Source: Candidatus Nomurabacteria bacterium
GTDB lineage: Bacteria > Patescibacteriota > Minisyncoccia > Phycocordibacterales > UBA9973
Reading direction: 5' to 3'
DNA: 64,000 nucleotides
Assembly: GCA_016699365.1 (NCBI GenBank)
Contig: CP064973.1
Coordinates: forward strand, 195-64,194
How positions within the stretch are numbered: the first letter of the stretch is position 1; the number at the start of each line of letters is the position of its first letter. The notes beneath the pieces are model-generated. The model made no database searches. It was not told the origin of the DNA and was given only the letters and a program-made list of their open reading frames with translations. The position numbers were made by a program, and so were the translations under genes. Below, piece after piece: positions 55,626 to 64,000 of this stretch.

Positions 55626-56030
55626 ATGATCAAAGAATTCAAAGAATTTGCAATAAAAGGAAACATGCTGGATTTGGCTGTTGGTGTGGTTATAGGTAGC
55701 GCGTTTGGTAAAATTGTTAGCTCTTTAGTGAGTGACGTTATTATGCCCCCACTCGGATTACTTATAGGAAACGTAGATTTTTCAAAAAAAGTATTGGTAC
55801 TCAGAGAAGCATCTGGAGACCTAGGAGCTGTAACATTGAATTATGGATTATTTATAAACAACTGTTTAGATTTTATAATAATCGCATTTTCAATTTTTAT
55901 AATCATAAAACAAATAAATAGATTTAAAAGGAAGCAAGAATCTGAGGTTACAACAAAAGAGTGCCCTTTCTGTATATCTAGTATCCCTTTAAAGGCTACA
56001 AAATGTCGTGAATGTGGTTCAGATCAATAA
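55626..56030 (+). CDS. mscL: Large-conductance mechanosensitive channel MscL with a C-terminal Cys4 zinc-ribbon-like tail
   Basis: [31 protein letters not shown]... signature; C-terminus CPFC...CRECG. Confidence 0.82.
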   Translation: MIKEFKEFAIKGNMLDLAVGVVIGSAFGKIVSSLVSDVIMPPLGLLIGNVDFSKKVLVLREASGDLGAVTLNYGLFINNCLDFIIIAFSIFIIIKQINRFKRKQESEVTTKECPFCISSIPLKATKCRECGSDQ

Positions 56031-56062
56031 AAAAACGAGGCTTTAGCCTCGTTTTTTTATTG
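56031..56062. terminator. Bidirectional terminator (acgaggcttt-agcctcgt)
   Basis: Hairpin flanked by A6/T7 runs between convergent genes. Confidence 0.6.
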
Positions 56063-56065
56063 GTT

Positions 56066-56773
56066 TTAATTATTTTCTTTATCCTCTTGTGAATCTTTGT
56101 CTATATCCTTTTCTTGATCTATCTTCATTTGCACTAATTCTGGTATAGCTTTTTCTATATCTTCTACACTTCTGTATCCAGTATAGAGTTTTCCATTTAC
56201 AACAAGTGCCGGGAGCTTTGTATCCTCGACTTTATAAATCGACACCAAGGCTCTTAGTGCGGATAGGTCAGTATTGTAGTCAAAAGAATAGACACGAAGT
56301 CCAGGATAAGACTCTCGTAGTGATGTTAGGACATAACCTTGTCTTACACACTCACTACAATTCTCACTAGTTGTATAAAAATACAATACGAATACAGCTT
56401 CTGTGCCACATCTTTCAGAAATCTTCTTCATCAAAAGATAATCTTTTATCTCAAGCAAAGCATAATATTTTTTAAGACGATCAAGCTCTTCTGATTCACT
56501 AAAATTATTCTCTGTATAAGTTATTTTTTCTGCTAAAGAGTTCAACTCTTGAGATAAAACTGTTTCATCTACATCACTACAAGCAAGCTCTTCGAGCAAT
56601 GAGAACTGTGTTTCAGAAGATAATATATCTATTGATATACTATCTTGAATAGATTTTATCTGGTTTATTTTTTTATTTGTAAAATAATTACTCAAAGATA
56701 CCGCAACTATAAATATAGTTAGGGTTATAAAAAAAACGAGTAAATATTTTTTCCAATCAAGTTTATTGTTCAT
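56066..56773 (-). CDS. Membrane-anchored thioredoxin-like protein with a CSEC motif (hypothetical)
   Basis: N-terminal TM helix; CxxC (ENCSEC) in a thioredoxin-like context. Confidence 0.4.
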   Translation of the reverse strand: MNNKLDWKKYLLVFFITLTIFIVAVSLSNYFTNKKINQIKSIQDSISIDILSSETQFSLLEELACSDVDETVLSQELNSLAEKITYTENNFSESEELDRLKKYYALLEIKDYLLMKKISERCGTEAVFVLYFYTTSENCSECVRQGYVLTSLRESYPGLRVYSFDYNTDLSALRALVSIYKVEDTKLPALVVNGKLYTGYRSVEDIEKAIPELVQMKIDQEKDIDKDSQEDKENN

Positions 56774-56777
56774 AATT

Positions 56778-58076
56778 TTATATAGCTCTACCTGGCTTAC
56801 GTTCGCCTATCCAATTAGATTCTTTAGATACTATTGCGTTCCATATAGCTTTCAATATCCAAAACGGAGCAATAATACTGTACACAGTAACAAAATAAAA
56901 TACATCCAAAGACAAACCTTTCTTACCAGCACCCATTCTACGTCCTAATATAAGAGCCATAACTATAAGGCTGTATAGAACAAAAGACATAAAAACTATA
57001 CCTTCTGTATTTATAAAAAACCAATCAAAAGATCTAGGTGATACCGCACTTTCAAAGCCAACAGTATTCCACATAACAAGCTTCTTATTTATAAATTTAA
57101 TTAAGTATGAAATCCAGATACTAGCTAGAGCTATAACTGACATTATAGATATAGCACCCGCAGGTAGAGTGAAGAAGCCCAAATTTCCATATTTCTTCTT
57201 AAAGAAAAGTCTTCTATAATCAAGAGTATTTTTTATAAAACCATATATCCAACGAAGTCTTTGTTTGTACAAAGCCTTCACAGACCTTGGGCTCACTGTA
57301 TACACATAAGCATCTGGACAATGTTCTATCTTGTAACCAAACTCATGCATACGTAGAGCAATCTCTTGATCTTCTGTGTTGTGAGCTTTTTTATAAGGAC
57401 CAATTTCATTGAATACTTTTTTTCTAAAAATAGAAAAAGGGCCAGGTGTAACATGTATACCACCTAAAAAGCCGAGCATTTTTTTCGTATATATTGCCAT
57501 ATCGTATTCTGCCTTTTGAGCTTTCTGGAGAATATTGTTTGGCTGATAGACAAGTATTGAAGGTGCAACAGCCATGGTCGCTGGATCATTAAAATACGTA
57601 ACTATACGCTTCAATGCTTCTTTGTCTACAAAAGAATCTGCGTCTAAACCTCCAATCAACTCAGAGTCTGAATTTTCTATACCCCAGTTCATAGCAGTAT
57701 GTTTTCCACCATTAACTTTACGGTGAATTTGTATCTGACTGTTCTTTGAAAATTTCTGCATTATAGACCAAGTACTATCTATACTTCCATCGTCCACAAG
57801 AATAATAGTTAATTTATTTTTTGGATAATCTAAAGCCAAAAGAGATCTAACTGTTTTGTATAGAGTTTTTTCTTCGTTGTAACAAGGTACAACAATACTG
57901 ACCGAAGGATATCTTTTTAGGGCAATATCTTTTCTGCGAATAACAATATCCTTGCGTCTTTCTATGTATGTAACCAGAAAAAACACCTGCACGAACAAAG
58001 AGGCGAAAGAAAGGGTGTAAATTATGATAGTTTGGAGACTTGGAATTGAATCAAACATGTGGGCTAATATTAACAT
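56778..58076 (-). CDS. Family-2 processive glycosyltransferase (PgaC/IcaA/cellulose-synthase-like)
   Basis: VSIVVPCYNEE, DDGSxD, QRLRW (QxxRW) motifs, N- and C-terminal TM helices. Confidence 0.8.
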   Translation of the reverse strand: MLILAHMFDSIPSLQTIIIYTLSFASLFVQVFFLVTYIERRKDIVIRRKDIALKRYPSVSIVVPCYNEEKTLYKTVRSLLALDYPKNKLTIILVDDGSIDSTWSIMQKFSKNSQIQIHRKVNGGKHTAMNWGIENSDSELIGGLDADSFVDKEALKRIVTYFNDPATMAVAPSILVYQPNNILQKAQKAEYDMAIYTKKMLGFLGGIHVTPGPFSIFRKKVFNEIGPYKKAHNTEDQEIALRMHEFGYKIEHCPDAYVYTVSPRSVKALYKQRLRWIYGFIKNTLDYRRLFFKKKYGNLGFFTLPAGAISIMSVIALASIWISYLIKFINKKLVMWNTVGFESAVSPRSFDWFFINTEGIVFMSFVLYSLIVMALILGRRMGAGKKGLSLDVFYFVTVYSIIAPFWILKAIWNAIVSKESNWIGERKPGRAI

Positions 58077-58145
58077 AAAAACACAGTTTTTTCAACATAT
58101 TTTATTGGTTAGACGTTTGCATAATAATAGGCTACAATTATACCT

Positions 58146-58874
58146 ATGACAAACGAAAATACACCACAAAATAAGAAAAATTTACTAACTTTACCTAGTG
58201 CTATAGTTTTGGCTGGCTTCCTGATAGCCATAGCTATATTTGCCTCAAATTCAAGCGGTCCAAAAACAAGTACAAACCCAGATCCAGAACAAGCATTTTT
58301 AGAAAATATTATAAATGACAAAAACACTGTGGAGGTTGCCCCCATAACTGAAAGAGACCACATAATCGGAAGCCCTGACGCAAAAATAGTTATATTTGAG
58401 TATTCAGACACAGAATGTCCGTTCTGTAAGAGATTCCACGGCACACTTCAACAGGTTGTAGAAAAATACGGAGAAGATGTAGCTTGGGTTTATAGGCATT
58501 TCCCTATCGAATCTCTTCATGCAAAAGCAGCAAAAGAAGCGGAAGCTACTGAATGCGCATGGGAGCAAGGCGGTAATGATATGTTTTGGAAATATATCGA
58601 CGAAGTTTACAGAATAACACCATCAAACGACGGCTTAGAATCTAAAATGCTTTACACAATTGCAGAAGATATTGGTTTAGATAAAGCAGCATTTACAGAA
58701 TGTTTAGACACTGGCAGATATGCTTCATATGTAGAAGAAAATCGTAAGGAAGGTGAAAATGCTGGAGCAAAAGGAACGCCTTACAATGTTCTTGTGGTAA
58801 AAGGTAAGACATATCCAGTCTCTGGAGCGCTACCACTTGATATGATGGAACAATTGATAGACAAGTTAATATAA
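58146..58874 (+). CDS. DsbA-like thiol:disulfide oxidoreductase
   Basis: N-terminal TM/signal anchor, CPFC active site, thioredoxin fold with helical insertion. Confidence 0.8.
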   Translation: MTNENTPQNKKNLLTLPSAIVLAGFLIAIAIFASNSSGPKTSTNPDPEQAFLENIINDKNTVEVAPITERDHIIGSPDAKIVIFEYSDTECPFCKRFHGTLQQVVEKYGEDVAWVYRHFPIESLHAKAAKEAEATECAWEQGGNDMFWKYIDEVYRITPSNDGLESKMLYTIAEDIGLDKAAFTECLDTGRYASYVEENRKEGENAGAKGTPYNVLVVKGKTYPVSGALPLDMMEQLIDKLI

Positions 58875-58883
58875 TTGAAAATA

Positions 58884-58916
58884 AAAAATATCCCGCTTGA
58901 TGCGGGATATTTTTTA
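58884..58916. terminator. Bidirectional terminator (atatcccgc-ttgat-gcgggatat)
   Basis: Hairpin plus T-runs between the dsbA-like stop and the rpoD stop. Confidence 0.6.
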
Positions 58917-58921
58917 TCTTA

Positions 58922-60208
58922 TTAATCGAAATAGTTTTTAAGTCTAAGTATTTTATCGTTTTGACGTAACTTCTCATGAACCTTTGCTTCAATCTGACGA
59001 ATACGCTCACGAGTTACCCCAAACTCTTGCCCCACCTCTTCTAAAGTGTGCTGTACCCCATCTGTAAGTCCATAACGCATCTCCAGAATCTTTTTCTCTT
59101 TCGGAGAAAGCTCATCTAGTACTTCGCGAATTTTATCTGACAATATTCTACGAGAAGACTCTTGATCTGGGCGCAATATTTTATCATCTGGAATAAATTC
59201 TCCTCTAGTAGATTTTTCATCATCGTCCCCTATTGGTTGTTCTAGAGAAATAGTTTCTTGGTTTATATTTTCAATAATATGAATCTTCTCAACATCAATA
59301 CCCATTTCTGTTGCAATTTCTTCTGCAAGAGGTTCACGACCCAAGTCTTGAGACAATCTTCTTACAACTTGTTTGTATTTTGAAATTGTTTCAACCATAT
59401 GCACTGGAATACGAATAGTTCGAGATTGGTCTGCAAGAGCACGAGTTATTGACTGACGAATCCACCAAGTCGCATAAGTAGAAAACTTATATCCTTTGGT
59501 CCAATCGAACTTTTCAACTGCCTTGAAAAGCCCTAGGTTACCTTCTTGGATCAAGTCTAGTAGAGTGAGGTCTGAACTACGACCAACATATTTTTTTGCA
59601 ATAGAAACAACAAGACGCAGGTTTGCTCGAGCAAGTAAATTCTTAGCCTCAAGATCGCCTTGCTCAATTCTTTTAGCTAATTCTTTTTCTTCATTTGCTT
59701 GAATCAATGGATACTGACCAATTTCTTTTAGGTATATCTGAATAGAGTCATAAGAAGCATGATCCTTCCCATGCTTATATTCATTCTTATCTTTTGGACC
59801 ATCTACATCAAGTAAATTTCCACCTTCTAAAATATCAATCCCCGCTACTGTGAATTTATCATACAGCTCATCTAAAAAGAGAATATTGTTCTCTATATCT
59901 GGAAAAACCTGTAATATCTCATCGTAAGTTATAAAACCTCTCTTTCTACCTTTTTCTATAAGTAAACTAGATTTTTGTTCTAGTACTAGAGCTTTCTTTT
60001 CAGCAGAATTGAGCTTCGTTCCAGCTGGACGTTCTTTTGGTTTTTTAGCCGCATTTGCTTTAGCGTAAGCAGCTTTACGAGTTGCAGGCGTAGAAACAAC
60101 TGGTTCAGATTTTTTCGCAGTTTTTTTCTTCTTTGGAGCTGGTTTTTTTGCTTTTGGTTTTTTAACCGGAGCAACTTTTTTCTTCTTTTTGGCAGTTTTT
60201 TTACTCAT
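58922..60208 (-). CDS. rpoD: RNA polymerase sigma factor RpoD (sigma-70) with a Lys/Ala/Pro-rich N-terminus
   Basis: Regions 1.2 to 4.2 recognisable ([42 protein letters not shown], region 4 HTH). Confidence 0.92.
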   Translation of the reverse strand: MSKKTAKKKKKVAPVKKPKAKKPAPKKKKTAKKSEPVVSTPATRKAAYAKANAAKKPKERPAGTKLNSAEKKALVLEQKSSLLIEKGRKRGFITYDEILQVFPDIENNILFLDELYDKFTVAGIDILEGGNLLDVDGPKDKNEYKHGKDHASYDSIQIYLKEIGQYPLIQANEEKELAKRIEQGDLEAKNLLARANLRLVVSIAKKYVGRSSDLTLLDLIQEGNLGLFKAVEKFDWTKGYKFSTYATWWIRQSITRALADQSRTIRIPVHMVETISKYKQVVRRLSQDLGREPLAEEIATEMGIDVEKIHIIENINQETISLEQPIGDDDEKSTRGEFIPDDKILRPDQESSRRILSDKIREVLDELSPKEKKILEMRYGLTDGVQHTLEEVGQEFGVTRERIRQIEAKVHEKLRQNDKILRLKNYFD

Positions 60209-60223
60209 GTTTATTTAAATTAA

Positions 60224-61954
60224 TTATAATTGACTCTTAATCTCATCTATACGTTTTGATATCTTTTGACACTCTCCCAATGTTTCTAGCGCTAAAACTG
60301 AATCCTTGTCTATCTCACTTTTCTTTAAAACTATAAGTAATGCTTGAAATCTTTCTTCTAGTAAAACCTTTTCTAATTCCAGACAAAGGATTTTTATATC
60401 GTCTTTCAATGACTCCTTTGTTTGATAGAATATGTCCGACTCAAATAATATATCTTCTCTTTTATTTTCTGGTATTTTATCTAACTCTTCTGAAAGGGAC
60501 GTGACTAGTATTCTTTGCCATTCTGTCTCCAGCTCTCCTATATCTACCCTAACATCTTTTCTGATTTTACCCATTATATATATACCCATCAATCGATCCA
60601 CTATGCGGTCTTTGTTTGATTTTACCGAAATTTTCTGCACAAGGACAGTATTCGCACTAACTTTGTCCTTGTTTTTATTTTTAAGTAAAGATTCAACTTC
60701 TGATCTAATATCATCCTCTTTTGCATTCAAAGCCTGTGACATTTTTTGTATAAAATGACCACGCTCTAAATCACTTCCGATCATAACCAAATATGGAATC
60801 ACTTCATTTTTTACTCTTTTCAATCTATCTCTTTCATCTTTTGTATTTTCAATTATTGACTCCAAGAAAAAATCTACCGGATGTTTAGCAGATTTTATAA
60901 TCTCCTGCCAAGCATCTACGCCCTTATCTTTTATCAAACTAGCAGGATCATCTCCTTTTGGAAGTGTTAGTAATTTAACTTCTAGTCCCAATTCTATCGC
61001 AAGCTCAATCCCGCGCGCACCAGCTTTCAATCCTGCATTATCAGAATCAAATGAAAAATATATTTTATCTGTAAACCTATTTAGTAGATCCAAGTGATCC
61101 TTTGTCATAGCAGTACCACTAACAGCCACTATATTCTCTGTACCAGCCTGTACTGCAGCTAATAGGTCTACCTGACCTTCTACCACAACAACATACCCCT
61201 GACGTAAAATTGCCTGTTTTGCCTTACTATAGCCATACAATATACGAGATTTGTTGTATAAAACCGTTTCTGGTGAGTTCACGTACTTGCCCACATTTTC
61301 TGGCTCTTTAGTATTTGGTGGTACGAATATACGTCCAGTAAAAGCCACGGTGCGCCCTTGAGAATCAGTTATAGGAAACATAATTCTCCCTCTAAATCTA
61401 TCAATATAACCATGCTCAGATTTTAGAACCAACCCAACCTCTTCCATTGTGTTTTCATCATATCCTTTTGATCTAAGGTACTTAACCAAAGAATCCCAAT
61501 TAGGAAGAGCATATCCAACAGAAAAAAGTACTAAAGTATCTTCACTCAAACCGCGATCATACAAGTATTTATTTACATCCGCATTATTTTTACGATTTTT
61601 TTCATAAAAAAGCGCGGCCTCATTCATAACGCTATATAATTTTGAGCGTTTTGTTTTTTCGGAATCAGATTCACGAACAAGAGTAACCCCAGCTTTTTCA
61701 GCAAGATATGTTAGAGCATGAGAAAAATCAAATCCTTCTATCTCTTCGGTAAAAGTAAATATATCTCCTCCTTTTGCACATCCAAAACAATGATAAGTCC
61801 CTCTGCCGGGCGACACGAAAAACGAAGCAGTCTTTTCGTTGTGAAAAGGACATCTCGCTTTAAAGTACGTACCGGCTTTTTCTAGCTTTACATAAGAAGA
61901 CACAACATCTACTATGGAAAGCCTTTCTTTTATTTGTTCAACTGGTGATATCAT
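60224..61954 (-). CDS. dnaG: DNA primase
   Basis: Zinc-binding CPFHNEKTASF...HCFGC, TOPRIM domain; classical dnaG-rpoD operon arrangement. Confidence 0.92.
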   Translation of the reverse strand: MISPVEQIKERLSIVDVVSSYVKLEKAGTYFKARCPFHNEKTASFFVSPGRGTYHCFGCAKGGDIFTFTEEIEGFDFSHALTYLAEKAGVTLVRESDSEKTKRSKLYSVMNEAALFYEKNRKNNADVNKYLYDRGLSEDTLVLFSVGYALPNWDSLVKYLRSKGYDENTMEEVGLVLKSEHGYIDRFRGRIMFPITDSQGRTVAFTGRIFVPPNTKEPENVGKYVNSPETVLYNKSRILYGYSKAKQAILRQGYVVVVEGQVDLLAAVQAGTENIVAVSGTAMTKDHLDLLNRFTDKIYFSFDSDNAGLKAGARGIELAIELGLEVKLLTLPKGDDPASLIKDKGVDAWQEIIKSAKHPVDFFLESIIENTKDERDRLKRVKNEVIPYLVMIGSDLERGHFIQKMSQALNAKEDDIRSEVESLLKNKNKDKVSANTVLVQKISVKSNKDRIVDRLMGIYIMGKIRKDVRVDIGELETEWQRILVTSLSEELDKIPENKREDILFESDIFYQTKESLKDDIKILCLELEKVLLEERFQALLIVLKKSEIDKDSVLALETLGECQKISKRIDEIKSQL

Positions 61955-62016
61955 AGTTCACCTAAGTTCACGCTTTTTAAGTTTAAACGCACAATCAAAA
62001 ACTGTTCTAAAGAATT

Positions 62017-64000
62017 TTATTCTAGAGCATCAATCTCTCTTTTTTGTCTCTCACGAAATCCTGTTCCTGCAGGAATAAGTCTTCCGATGATAACATTCTC
62101 TTTTAGTCCGCGTAATGTATCTACACCACCTCTTACAGCGTTATTTATAAGCACACGGTTTGTGTTTTGGAATGAAGCAGCTGACAGCCAACTCTTAGTA
62201 GTAAGTGACGTTTCTGTAATTCCAAGAATTATATTTTCAGCTTTTGCAGGTTCTCCTCCAGTACTCTCTACGCGCTCATTTTCCTCTATAAGCTCAACAT
62301 TTTCTACTATTTCTCCAGGAGAAAATGTAGTATCACCTGAGTGTCTGATTTTCTTTCTTGAGAACATTTGACGAATTATTATTTCGATATGCTTACGAGA
62401 AATTGAAGCTCCTTGTAATTCATAAACTTTATTTATTTCTTGAACGATATATTCTTCAGCAAGTTCGATATTACCGTATTTGAATATTTCATTTATATCA
62501 GCAGAACCGTCAGTTAGAAGTTCACCTTTCTTTACTTTTTCTCCAACCTTAACCAATATGTTTCTACGTGGTAATACTTCGTAAACAATCTCATTTGATT
62601 TTCCGTCAACTTTTGTATCTGATAGAACTTTTATAAATCTTTCAGCGCCTTTGTCTACAACCTCAGATACCAATGCATCAGTTTCTGATACAACAGCTGG
62701 GTTCTTAGGAACACGTCTTTCAAAGATTTCTTCAATACGAGGCAAACCTTGAGTGATGTCGACACCCGCCACACCTCCGGCGTGGAATGTTCGAAGTGTT
62801 AGCTGAGTACCAGGTTCTCCAATAGCTTGTGCAGCCACAATACCTACAGCCTCTCCTATATCAACAAGCTTATTTCTTCCCAAATCAAGTCCGTAACATT
62901 TTTGACAAATACCGTGTAGAGTTTTACATGTAAGTGGTGATCGTACTGTAACTTCTGATATTCCAGCTTTCTCAATCATTTGTGATTCTTCTTTTGATAT
63001 CAAATGTCCTTTTTTGAACATCACTTCTCCATTTGCATCTTTTATATCAGCAAACAATATGCGTCCACGAATATTTTTCGCAAGAGATATTTCCATACCT
63101 GCGATTGTTTCCTTTACCAATCTCTTTCCTTCTTTTGTTCCACAATCATCTTCAGAAATCATCACATCCTGAGCAACATCAACAAGACGTCTTGTTAGGT
63201 AACCAGCTTTAGCTGTGTTTAGAGCAGTGTCAGCTAGACCTTTACGTGATCCGTGAGTAGTAATGAAATATTCTAGAGGTGATAGACCTTCTATATATGA
63301 AGGCACGATTGGGAAATCAATAATTTTACCAGTAGTATTTTGAATCAAACCTTTCATACCAGCCATCTGAGTAACCTGCGCGATAGATCCTCGAGCTCCA
63401 GACATAACAAGATCATAAACAGATCCGTTTTTATCTAGAGTAGAAGGCATTATCTTTTCAAGTTCTTTTTTGATACGTTCCCAAATTTCAATTACTTTTT
63501 GGTACTTTTCTTCATGAGAAAGAAGACCGTCGTTGTACTGACCTATAATTGTTTCTTCTTCTTTTCTTCCACGTGCAATAATTTCAGGCTTCTCTACAGG
63601 CACACGTACATTGTCAATACTCCAAGTAACACCAGAGCGTGTAGCGTACTTGTATCCGAAGTCCTTTATCTTGTCTAGAATAGCTGGAGTAGCATCGATA
63701 CCGTAGCGCATAATTACCTGGTCTAGAATACTAGACATTTTCTTTTGGTTTACTTCTTCATTTACGAACATGAAGTCATTTGGTAGGCAACTGTTGAACA
63801 ATAGTCTTCCAACAGAAGTTTCAAAAGGTTTTCCTTGTAAGTCTTTATACTTTTCTGTATTAGTAGGAAGTACGAAAACTTTTGATCTGTATGAAATCAT
63901 TCCGTAGTCATATGCTGTGATTGCTTGGTTTGGACTAGAAAAATATGTACCTTCACCAATCTCTCCATCAACTGACTTTGTCATCCAGTAACAACCAAGC
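62017..64000 (-). CDS. rpoC: DNA-directed RNA polymerase subunit beta' (C-terminal part; gene continues past the window end)
   Basis: C-terminal beta' conserved regions (NADFDGDQM-type regions upstream are off-window; ...GLKENVIIGRLIPAGTG terminal motif present). Confidence 0.9.
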   Translation of the reverse strand, partial: LGCYWMTKSVDGEIGEGTYFSSPNQAITAYDYGMISYRSKVFVLPTNTEKYKDLQGKPFETSVGRLLFNSCLPNDFMFVNEEVNQKKMSSILDQVIMRYGIDATPAILDKIKDFGYKYATRSGVTWSIDNVRVPVEKPEIIARGRKEEETIIGQYNDGLLSHEEKYQKVIEIWERIKKELEKIMPSTLDKNGSVYDLVMSGARGSIAQVTQMAGMKGLIQNTTGKIIDFPIVPSYIEGLSPLEYFITTHGSRKGLADTALNTAKAGYLTRRLVDVAQDVMISEDDCGTKEGKRLVKETIAGMEISLAKNIRGRILFADIKDANGEVMFKKGHLISKEESQMIEKAGISEVTVRSPLTCKTLHGICQKCYGLDLGRNKLVDIGEAVGIVAAQAIGEPGTQLTLRTFHAGGVAGVDITQGLPRIEEIFERRVPKNPAVVSETDALVSEVVDKGAERFIKVLSDTKVDGKSNEIVYEVLPRRNILVKVGEKVKKGELLTDGSADINEIFKYGNIELAEEYIVQEINKVYELQGASISRKHIEIIIRQMFSRKKIRHSGDTTFSPGEIVENVELIEENERVESTGGEPAKAENIILGITETSLTTKSWLSAASFQNTNRVLINNAVRGGVDTLRGLKENVIIGRLIPAGTGFRERQKREIDALE

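Noticed and set aside
58109-58444. 111-aa minus-strand ORF
   Set aside because: It is entirely antisense to, and overlapping, the well-supported DsbA-like gene (58146-58874, CPFC motif); it is a shadow ORF.
59986-60208. Lys/Pro/Ala-rich repeats at the rpoD 5' end (and the antisense ORF 59986-60174)
   Set aside because: This is a low-complexity basic N-terminal extension of sigma-70, not a repeat element or a separate gene.

Overview
This is a low-GC window (about 30-35 percent by eye) from a small, streamlined bacterial genome, probably a CPR/Patescibacteria-like organism using the standard genetic code. It is dense with housekeeping genes: valS, leuS, proS, lepA, murJ, ychF, tsaD, gmk, an adk-like kinase, uvrA/uvrB/uvrC, tgt, mreB/mreC, ddl, rpsB-tsf, rpoD-dnaG and the 3' part of rpoC. 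There are six tRNA genes (Glu, Val, Phe, Arg, Cys, Thr). Notable observations, in order of interest:

1. A roughly 135-170 nt structured, hairpin-rich element occurs three times: twice in tandem right after tRNA-Val and once right after tRNA-Cys. Each copy is co-oriented with its tRNA and ends with a copy of the tRNA 3' end. Loops AGCA and GACG are conserved while the stems show compensatory changes.
2. leuS carries a complete Nudix hydrolase domain inserted into the synthetase.
3. Four genes are broken or split exactly at homopolymer runs of five or six bases (a CPBP protease, a ParB-like protein, a secreted beta-barrel-like protein, and the membrane anchor of an LTD-PKD surface protein). This points to indel errors in the assembly, or to phase variation.
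4. An accessory-looking stretch from about 19.7 to 26.6 kb holds a SET-domain protein, a family-4 UDG, a GC-richer beta-barrel-like gene, and a ParB-like nuclease/HTH gene paired with an unknown 541-aa protein.
5. A cell-surface cluster at about 28.2-34.7 kb contains an ECF sigma with its DUF5667 anti-sigma-like partner, an LTD-PKD protein, a VirD4/TraG-like coupling ATPase and a Cache-PAS sensor with no output domain.

No rRNA, CRISPR array or clear transposase was seen.
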